Part shown: piece after piece, positions 51,113 through 60,800 of the stretch
How the letters are laid out: each line of letters starts with the position of its first letter
Numbering within the stretch: the stretch's first letter is position 1
NCBI GenBank assembly: GCA_043813605.1
Contig: JBDRKX010000047.1
Span: forward strand, 64,001 to 128,000
Origin: Elusimicrobiota bacterium
Lineage (GTDB): Bacteria > CG03 > SLGR01 > JBDRKX01
Direction: 5' to 3'
DNA: 64,000 bases
The notes under the pieces: model-generated
Databases searched by the model: none
What the model saw: only the letters and a program-made list of their open reading frames with translations
What the model was told of the DNA's origin: nothing
Made by a program: the position numbers and the translations under genes

Positions 51113-51129
51113 TTCTGTTTAAAATACAT

Positions 51130-51174
51130 AAAAAAAACCCGCACTCTGTTCATCTTAAAACAAAGTGCGGGTTT
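51130..51174 (-). terminator. Rho-independent terminator upstream of gene A, overlapping the stop codon of the 183-aa ORF
   Basis: The minus strand reads AAACCCGCACTTTGTT-TTAAGATG-AACAGAGTGCGGGTTT-TTTTT: a 16-bp stem with an 8-U tract, part of it in the stem base. The one non-Watson-Crick pair is G-U only on the minus strand. Confidence 0.88.
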
Positions 51175-51701
51175 ACGTTCGGGCACACAGCCCACCCGTA
51201 AATACCTCTTATGGGATTAATATCATACTCATCTGACCTGTTTACAATGCATTTTTGCAGCGGATTCAGGAATCTTAGAGACCACCACTGATAAAACTTC
51301 AGTTTAGGCAAGATGAGCACCTCCAGGTCTCTCTTCTTCATGCTGATTTCTCTGACTGCTATTCCTACAAAACATATCAGCATCAGAAGTATACTCTTAT
51401 CGCCGGAAATGATTATGGTACTTATTATGTATGCCATAAACCCCGCGAACTTCCTGCTTTCTTTGCGTTGTTCAGGAACAGTCGGTATCTTTTTCTTAGC
51501 AGTAACAGGGTTAAACATCCTTTTTGCCATCCGGTCCACTTCAAAGACCGCACGGGAACAATAGTTGGAATTTTTTATGATTATTGATATGTGGTTACTG
51601 TAGTTTCTGTAGGACTGCAGTATTCCCATAAATGAGAATATTACAACGACTCCCCCCGCAATAATGCTGAAAAATACTTTTCTTTTAGCGAAAAAAGACA
51701 T
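51150..51701 (-). CDS. Small basic membrane protein (183 aa), candidate leader for gene A
   Basis: ORF track; GGGGA RBS-like sequence just upstream of the ATG; N-terminal TM (FFSIIAGGVVVIFSFMGIL) and a second hydrophobic region; co-oriented between the two giant genes. Confidence 0.7.
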   Translation of the reverse strand: MSFFAKRKVFFSIIAGGVVVIFSFMGILQSYRNYSNHISIIIKNSNYCSRAVFEVDRMAKRMFNPVTAKKKIPTVPEQRKESRKFAGFMAYIISTIIISGDKSILLMLICFVGIAVREISMKKRDLEVLILPKLKFYQWWSLRFLNPLQKCIVNRSDEYDINPIRGIYGWAVCPNVNPHFVLR

Positions 51702-51744
51702 AAATCCCCATTAACTAATAATTAAAAAAATTATTAATAGTCAC

Positions 51745-51790
51745 ACGTGATATATATAATCATACCAGTTGAATATGAAATTAATGTGAA
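51745..51790 (-). promoter_or_regulatory. Candidate sigma70 extended -10 promoter for the leader ORF and gene A
   Basis: Minus-strand TGGTATGAT (TGn-TATGAT, 51759-51767) in an AT-rich spacer ~60 nt upstream of the 183-aa ORF. Confidence 0.4.
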
Positions 51791-51818
51791 ACCCTTTCTC
51801 CCCCCGCCGGATTTCGTT

Positions 51819-54800
51819 TTACGTCGCTTCTACCATTGACCTGATATTGTTAAGGTTTTCAAAGAGTCTGCTTTCCTGCTTGCGACTTATTATATTATTA
51901 ACATATACGAACATATTTTTCAATACCTCAAGCATTGAATCGTCTCTCTGTTCGCCCAGAGCATACGCCGCAATTTTATCTAACCTGCCCTGTGTGGTTA
52001 TCATTGCCAGGGATGTGGGAGTCACAGGTATTCCGACGACAGAATTACCCAGTCTCCTTATGAGGTCTACAAACCGTTCCATTCTCTCTTTTTTCTCCTT
52101 GATAGGTTTCTTTATTTCTTTGGGAGCGCTTGTTCCCCTTGCCGTGGGATCGACTACCCTCTTCTGGCCCAGGAAGAACTGCTCATTGAGTTTCTGGACT
52201 TTTTCATAAACTATTTCCATAGTTTCAGGCCTGAATCCTTTAAGCCTGTCCGTTACATGCCATTTCAACATAGTATCATCTCCAAGAAACCCTGCTGAAT
52301 AGGCTTCAAACCATAGCGTGTAAGGCGCTATTTCATCCTTATTTATTCCATATGTTGCCATTTTGGACTCAAATATATCGTCTGAAAATTTACCGTTTTC
52401 ATCTTCACTCATCCTAAACAGCGCATGCAGTTTAATTGCCTTAATAGCCATAGATGGATTAGCCTCATAGAGGCCTGTTAGTCTACGAACTGTCATGCTG
52501 TCTATAACAAGCCGACCCTCATCAGCCAAATAATAGCTCTTTGAACCGGTCTCTATGCTGTTCAGGCCTGTATTCATCTCCATCAGCGCATTTTTAAGAT
52601 TGTCAAAATAAAGCTGTTTGTTCCATAGCGGTTTTACCTTGTTATCAAATGTCTTTACAGGTATATCTTCGGCATGACTGCCTCTTATCAGATCGCCGTT
52701 CTCATGCTTGAGGATATGCCTCAAAGCTGTCTTTTCGGCGTATGAAGTCACGTTAAACAGCGTGTTTATGTGCATATATATCGAATTCGAGCCCGCATGG
52801 CTCAACACCCTGCCGGCTGAGAATTCATCATTATGAGTCAACAGGACGACAAGACGCCTGTTCTGGAGCGTCGGTTGAGCCAGCATATTAACAGGAATAT
52901 TAAAGAATCCAATCAGGCCGTTCAATATCCTGCTGATAAATACGCTGACCGGTGATCTTCTGGCTGTTCCGTCAAGCAGTTTGAGCATCGCTTTAAGATG
53001 ATCCTTATCGGCAGTTTTCAGGTATCCGGCAAGTTCTTCTCTTGCCGCTTCTCTGGCGCTGTAACTGTCGTATTCAAAAGCGTTCAATAGGTTGCCAGCT
53101 ATCTGATTACGGTCACCCCTGAACATATTATCTATCTGATCCTTCTTAAGTCCCGGACGGAGCCCTATGGAAAGACCGGATTCTATTCCCTGGCTGATAT
53201 CCGTGTTTACGGTACCTACAGCAACACCGGGTTTCATGAGGTTTTTGTCATCTACCATCAGTGAAAGGTATTTTATAAGATCCTGAGCTTTTGTTGTCAG
53301 GTCTGGCTGTTCTATATCAGCCAGATTGATCTCAAGCGCTCTCTGCATGAGTACCTGTACCAGTTCAGGTACCGAGAAACCACGCATATCTTCCTGGCTC
53401 ACGGATATGACTCCTGCTCTCTGTACCGGTCTTTCCTCAAAAACAAAGGATGAGTTCTCCAACACTGACTTAATATCGATTATACTGCCGAATTCTTCCG
53501 GCACTTCCATATTATTTGCTATAAACACCCTGTCTATAATGTTTAATATACGCGTTCTTGCTTCATTGAACCTGTTTCTTTGCCCGGCAGGCAGATCTTC
53601 CAGAATCGCGGCTCCGGTAAGTTTTTCGGGTACAGCTGCCGGGATCTTGCTCTTAAAAACTTTATTAAAAGCGTTGATAACGCGTATACCCTGCTCAGTA
53701 TTTCTTCCGCTAACATTGTCACCGGGCGCTGCGGTCTTCCAATAGTCTTCGGATATTGTATCGTACGCTCCGAATATAAAATAAACGTTTTTCAGCCTGT
53801 CGCTGTTTTTTAACGCCCATATGACTTCCTGTGAAGAAACCATCGTTCTGAAAGTATAGAGGCTCTTATCAGGAACAAAATAAACAATAGGCTCATCAGG
53901 GACTCTTTCGGGATCAGTAAGCATTCTTATAAAAGCTTCCGGAGTAGATGTATCTATATTAAGTTCTTTTTCTGCTCTTAAGAAATCCTTCATTCCGAAC
54001 ATCGTGGTTAGCGACCAGTATATGCCTGTCTTTCTTGCAAGGCCTCTCATACCAAGCGAATAGCCGTAAGTTTTACCGGGCATGGCTTCCTTGTACTTTT
54101 CGCGGCGTCTTGAGTCATCATACTGCTTTTTATCGACATTGCCAGCCACAGTCATGCCGGGGATACCGCCGCTGGCGACAAGATCATAAAAATCATTTAA
54201 CGTGTATAATCCTGCTGATTTCTTTTTAAGTTCATCAATCGTGATATATTTCTCTATTTCGGTCTTTTTAATATGTTCTTCTAGAGTCGAGAGTGTTATT
54301 GATGCTGCAAGCAGGCGGGAATCAGTTTCATCATAAAGACTGGCCAATCTGTCGGTAAGTCGCTGGAGGAAATAATTAAGAATTTCATTCTTCTTATAGA
54401 TACCCAGATCCGGGCTGTGATAAAGAAATCCGAGCCACTCGCTGATCTTATCCGACCCGTTTATACCGCCCAGCAATTCTGCAATATACCTGTTATAATC
54501 CCCGGACTTCAACTGCGGTATAGTACCGGCCCACAGGTATTTTTCTATATGCTGTTTCTTCTCCAGAAATGATCTAAGGCCGCCTAGCGCCTGTTCATAC
54601 CAGCCGTCTGTGATACCGCCTGCAACCGGGTTAATATTAAATCCGAAAGTGGTCGTATTGTTTCTGCCGGTATCCAGCACGCCCTTTAATAAGCTGTATA
54701 ATTCCTTATCTTCATAACCGGATATTTCTTCAAGGAACCCGCCTACCAACCGGACAGCGGCTTCTTTTGCGATACGCTCGTTCTTCATATTATTGTTCCA

Positions 54801-57800
54801 GGTCCTCAGGTAACCGAGACCGGCGGTATTGAGCCCGTGCAGTATCTGCGCTATCTTCGCTGAATTGGCAAGAGACGCATAGAATCCCTCAGGATCGGTA
54901 ACCGCTCTTTCGAGCGTATTGTTCATAGTTTCGAAATAGGAGTCCGGATTAGTATCTTTAGGAATGACCATGTTAACGCCTTTGATATTGGCTTCGCCTA
55001 TTATACCTTCCCCTATGATGTCCTTATGATCCGACGCTTTGAGCACCCACGGCGATGCAAGTATGAGCGACATGGCCGCGGAACCGTTCACCTCGGTATA
55101 TTCGCAGGTACCTGTCTCGTCCTCTGAATCCAGCACGACGAGCGAACTTGCTATCAGCATCAGCTGTTTCTCTTCATCAGTGAACTGTCCAACGAATTCC
55201 AGCTGTCCGTTATAGTCGCTTCTACCCGGCTTATGCGCAAAGAACCCGACAGCATCATTAACAGCTTTTAGTATCTCTTTTGCTGATCCGTGATTCTTTT
55301 CCAGCAGCCTGCGGGCTTCTTTCTCATTGCCGGTTGAAAGCTTCACGAGCTCAGCCAGCGTTTTTATTGAACCTTTTCTGGCCGCGCGCCTGATAACGCG
55401 GTCCATAAAAACAGGACTTACTGATTTAAGTGAAGAAAGTACTGCTGAGGATGTTTTTAAATCATCCATAAACTTTCTTATATCAAAGTCTTTTCTTTTC
55501 TCACCATCTTTCAGAACTTTTTCAGGCATATAATCTTCCATGGCGATATCAAGATATTTTCTCTTTCTGTTCTCTACGCCATCAATACTTTCCGGTAATA
55601 ACGCCAGAATATCACTATACGTTACAGCGCCCTCTTTTTCCATATAATAATCCACTATCGTATTTACAAATTCCGGGTCTATCCCAAGAATATCAGCCTG
55701 GAGATCTTTATACCCGTTAGCCAGGTCAATGCTTGCCTGGTATGCCTGTATACGCGAGAACAAAACTGTCTGTTTTCTTTCTTTAGCAAGTTTCCTGATA
55801 TTATTATGGGTATATGCCCTGAAAGGACTGACTTTGATATCGACATTCCTGCCGGCGTAACTCGATATCGGCTGTTCCGGATCAAGATCGAATCCCATCC
55901 GGTCGTTTAACATTTCCACGGCGCGCCCTACAATATCCCTGGCATCCTTCCACTCAAGGTCAGCGATGTCTTTCAGCTTTTTACCCCTCAACTCTTTATA
56001 TATCGCCTTTATCTTATTCTGTACGCGGGTAAGTTCGTCACCGTTTGTTACTGCTTCGTACCTGGCATTTGGGTCATAGCTGTCGCGTTCGAGTACTATC
56101 TTCTGCTTGCGGCTGACCGTATTAACGGAATCCGCGAGCCTCACGGCGCCGCTGGTCATATCCATCATATTATCCCTGACAAACGCGCTCCAGTATCTCT
56201 TATCAAGTCCTATAAGATTCATTGCGTATTCAAGTTTGCCTACATCTTGAACCTGACGGTTGCCGAACGTATGAGTGGTAAACGCCAGATGCGTATCTTT
56301 AAGATCCGAACCGGCTCTGTCTTTTTCTTCACGCAGCAATGCTATGGCAGCGGCAGACTGGGCGTCGTTTCCGTAGACAAATTCAGCTTTTTCACGTACG
56401 AGCAGTTCCCTGGACGCTTTTGCAAAGAAAGCGTTAAATTCCTCTTCGGAGCTGTTGCCGAACGACCTGTAGGCATAGATTGTATTCGTATACTTGGCCC
56501 TGATATCCTGCAGCACTCCAAGATAATACATAATATTATTGAATGCGAGGACCTTGTTATCACCCGGAATCGTATCGTAAGTATGAAGATCAGAAAGGAA
56601 TCCCAGCACATTCTTTACCTGATTAAAATCCGGAAGTTTTTCCAGCTCATGCTTCACATAATTGAAGAACCAGTCCTGACTAGCATGATGGTAAAGCAGA
56701 TCCGTCTTTCCTTCATTGAACAACCTTAATGCATCATTATACAGCCCCAATAACCCCGGTGCGGCAGGACGGCCTTCCTCAAAGGTATAACTGTTACCCT
56801 TTACCAGGTTTTTCGATGCTATCTGCAGATCCGTTGCCATATCATCCGGAAATATTTCTATCTCCTGTTTTGCCATATACTCGTGGTCAAACAGCATATT
56901 TGTATATCTCGGCCTGACCCGGTCCAGATCCTTAATAAATCCCATTAACTGGAGATATTTGTCCCAAAGCGGATCCGGTAATTCAATAATTTTCTCAAGA
57001 TCCACTCTCACCGGATTACCCTCAGGTATCCTGTCTATCTGGTGCCGGAAATACGAGAAGAACCATTCAGAATGCCGCTCGACATGCTCGCGAATAAGTT
57101 CAGTTTTTCCTTCACTCTGAAGCCTTACCGCCTCTTTATAGAGACCAATAAGACCCGACTCGACCATCCCACTTTTATCCGTTTCAAAGGCATACTTATC
57201 ACCGGTCGTCACAAAGAGCATGGCTTCCTGTATGCTGGGATCCACTACTTCTTCTATAAGCAGCACCTCTTGCCCATGTTTGTTCTTTCCGCGCAGTATC
57301 CTGACCGGAGTCTCTATATCACCTACTGTTATCTTGTAGGAATATATTTCTTCTAGTTCGGTTGCAAGTAATTCCTTGGTATAATCAATCAACTCCGGCT
57401 CGCCTTCTTTATTCATCCTCATCTTGTATCTCGGTTCTACAGTAACCACATTGGCGCCAAGGTCCATCATGAATTTTTCATGTACCTGGAGCACGTAACC
57501 GAGCCCGCCGGCGATAAGCGTGTTCTCGGACGAGAGCGAATATATCGTCTTGCCTTTCAATTCTGCGGCGTTCTTCTCGAACCAGCCTTCCGGTATGATG
57601 TCATACATGAACATAATGGCGTCAGCTATCGTAGATTCGAATTTGTTGCGCTGCAGTATCTTAAGAAGCCGCTTCCTGTCTTTCTTATCAAATTGGGCCA
57701 CAGCTTTCAGCACCGGGTATAAAGATTCGATAGCTACATCTCTGATCTCGGTATTAATTATTATACCTGCATTATCCAGGTATGTGACTAATTCTTTTTC

Positions 57801-60800
57801 GGCACTGGTTTTCCAGCCGAACTTTCCGGCTTTTGCCAGGTATTTCTTTATCCTCTTTGAATAATATCCCCAGTCTTCCCTGAGTATTTCTTCCCTGAAA
57901 GAGACCTTGTTTATGCGGAAGTTATTCCCGGCGCGATAAGAAAGATCTTCCCATTTCCAGCCCTCAGGAGTATCCCAGCGGAAGGTGAACTCGTCTGCAT
58001 CTTCAGGCAATACTGCCTGATATTTTCCATCAGCCTGCCGGTCTAGCACTATATCGGGATAAGCCTGCCATTCGCCGCTTTCCGTTATTCTGCCTGCTTT
58101 TACTATACCGGAATTTGATACATTTACTATCTTTACCGCTTCACCCTCAAGGATCTCTATATCATTTATCTTATGTTTATCGAAAGTCCAGTCGACAAGT
58201 TCCGGTATCTCTTCAACTGCTTCAGCAGGTTCCGCTAACCTCTCCAGTTCAATTTGAATCTTGTTGTTAGTCCCAGATATTATTTCCCTTAATGATGCCG
58301 CTGTTTTGACCTCAAGTATTTTCTCCGGATTAAAAGCCGCATCCTGAGTTAGAGTATAAAGGATAAAACGTGCCTGGAATAATAATTTACCGGCTTTTTC
58401 AAGATCAGGCTTCATCTGCTCAATCTTTTCTTTTGCTTCCTTAGCAAGCAGGCTGGCCCAATTAAGGAAATCTCTATGACTAGCTTCAGTTTTTATCTCT
58501 TTGCCGGATAATAAAACTGAATTTTCTGAAATTATTGTTTCTAATATACTTTCACTTATTGTATTCTCACCTGCGAAAGAGATACCCACTTTAATTCTCC
58601 GCAGATCCTCAGTAAGAAGCCCTATTTCTTTAAGCTCCCCCCATTTCTGGTAAGGTTCATTGCCTTTCACGACTATTACAATATCAATATCTTCCGGTTT
58701 TAAGTCCGGTCTCCAGAGATACCCGCCATTTGCATAAATACTTACGATGTCATAACCGTTCAGCTTACCCTTGTATTTCTTTATTATATCTTCCGCCAGT
58801 TTAACCAGGTTATCCAGGCGCTCTTTTACTTCCGGAGAATCTACTGAATAGCCCAGCATCCCATAAAAACCGTTCCGGTTGCGCCAGCTCTTTTGAATAG
58901 ATTCTTTTAATTCTGATACACGCTTTTCATGAGCATCCTCAACCGGTACGGCAGATACACGGCCCAGGCTCTCTTCGGTTATCGGTTCCGTACCAAGAAG
59001 TTTTTTCCTCATGTTGATATCACGCAGGACTTTTTCCCAAAAATCATTTGTGATCCTGGTTTTATAAAAAGATTCCAGGTCCATGTCTTTTATGATTATC
59101 CTGTCATCCGATGTTAAGGTTACTTCTCCGGCATCCAGTATGTATGCCATTACTTCCCCGCCGGCTACGCTCCCTATCATGATATTGCTCGTTTTCCAGA
59201 GATCATCTACGGCAAAACCCTTATCTATAAGCCCTCTTATGAGCTGTCTTACCATCTCAAGCGTTTCAGCCGGTAATCTATCCTGGTTAATGCTGGCAAA
59301 CGTAAGTTTATCCAGTGTCGTCCCTTCGACTTTTTCAACGACCACATACGCCTGATTATCCCCGAACAGGCCCCACTCCAGAGGTTTCGGGGCAAGTCCA
59401 GCCTTATGCATCTTTTCGAGCATTTCGAACTCTTCTTTTATCTGATAATATCCCTGACCAGGCCGGTCGCTCACATATTTCCTGATAACTTTTATTACCA
59501 GATTTTTATCAAATGGGTGTTCGAACACATCAGCAAAGTTTCCGCTTACCACATCAAGAACCATTGCAAGCCTGACTCCATCTTTAGTCGATACGGTCAA
59601 CCTGGGCATATTATCGAAATCCCTGGGTTTATTCGGGTTCCTCGGTACATATGCCAGCGTTATCTTTGAAACCTGTTTACTGATATAATCCCTGAGTATA
59701 CTCTTTAGCGGGTTAGCCGGATCGAATACCTCACGCTGGATTCCCGTGTATACGGCCCGGTGTTCTCTATAATCCGATTCCCCGTATACGGCACCGAATC
59801 CCTCATGAAACAGAACCTCATCCAGATAATCACTGAACAGCGACATCTCGTCCAGGAATTTGGCGCCGATCGCTATCTTATCATCTGTAAAAAAGGCGAA
59901 CAGGTAATCTTCGTCACCTTTTACTATCTCATTAAACACTACTATTTTCCCTTCTCTCAGATATTTTTCGAGAAGCCCTGTTATACTGTATATACGATCG
60001 TCGCCCAGGAGACCTCTATCCATGGCTTTCCCGGTTATCTGCATGATCTTTTCCATTACGAAACTCTTTTGACGCCTAGAGAGCTTTAATAAAGGTACTG
60101 TTGCAGCACTTTCCTGTGAAGCGCCTTTTCCTATCGCACCCGTGATCTTCAGCGGATATATCCTGGCCGCAACATTTCTTATGCGTTTTAACTGATGGGT
60201 TCTCAGATATGATTCTGTTTCAGTTGTATCGTCTATTAATTTTTGAGTTATGTTTACATTTGAAGGATTGATAAAAGTTTCTGTCAGGAGGGCTCTTGTA
60301 AGTTCCGACTGAAGTTTTTCGGGTATGCCCGTAGCTTTTTCAACCGACTGGACAAGCCGGACTGTCTTGTCTACCATGTCAAGGAAATTTACTCTTGTAT
60401 ATATGCCCTTGACCGGGTTTCTTCTCAGATATTTCTTTGTTTCAAAGAATATCCTTACCAGCCTGTTAGTATCGGGAATACTGAAACCCTTATTCTTCAA
60501 TTCCGTTTTCAAAGACCCGATGTCTTCATAATAACTGTTATTCAAGGTCAGGTTTGTCACATTTACCGGTATGTCCAGCTCTCTGAGTATCTCACCCCTC
60601 TGGGCAAGCTGCTCAGCATTGCGTTTGACCGTAACGGCAGTGGCAGGGAACCTGTTCTTTACCAGCTTTTCTACCTGTGTAACCAGCTTTGTTCCCGTTA
60701 TTTTAACCCATTTTGAACTTTCGAGTTTATTTATGCTGGATTCTATGTCTTTTTCTCCTACCTCTATCTCACCGAGAACCGGCCGGAGCCTTTCCATTTC

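Noticed and set aside
1..51112. Operon of separate enzymes, or a recoded genetic code, as an explanation for gene A
   Set aside because: All domains are in the same frame with coding linkers and no stops seen. Separate genes would have been listed in the ORF track, and no stop-codon reassignment is needed.
51109..51129. Six-codon mini-ORF (MYFKQK) whose TGA overlaps the gene A ATG
   Set aside because: It has no RBS and such ORFs arise easily by chance in AT-rich sequence; there is no supporting evidence.
51741..51750. Short inverted repeat TCAC-AC-GTGA in the spacer as an operator
   Set aside because: The arms are only 4 bp, which is too weak to call.
23200..56611. Short minus-strand ORFs (23200, 27754, 29706, 35710, 38011, 55679, 56342)
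   Set aside because: They are out-of-frame overlaps inside well-supported domains of the giant genes.
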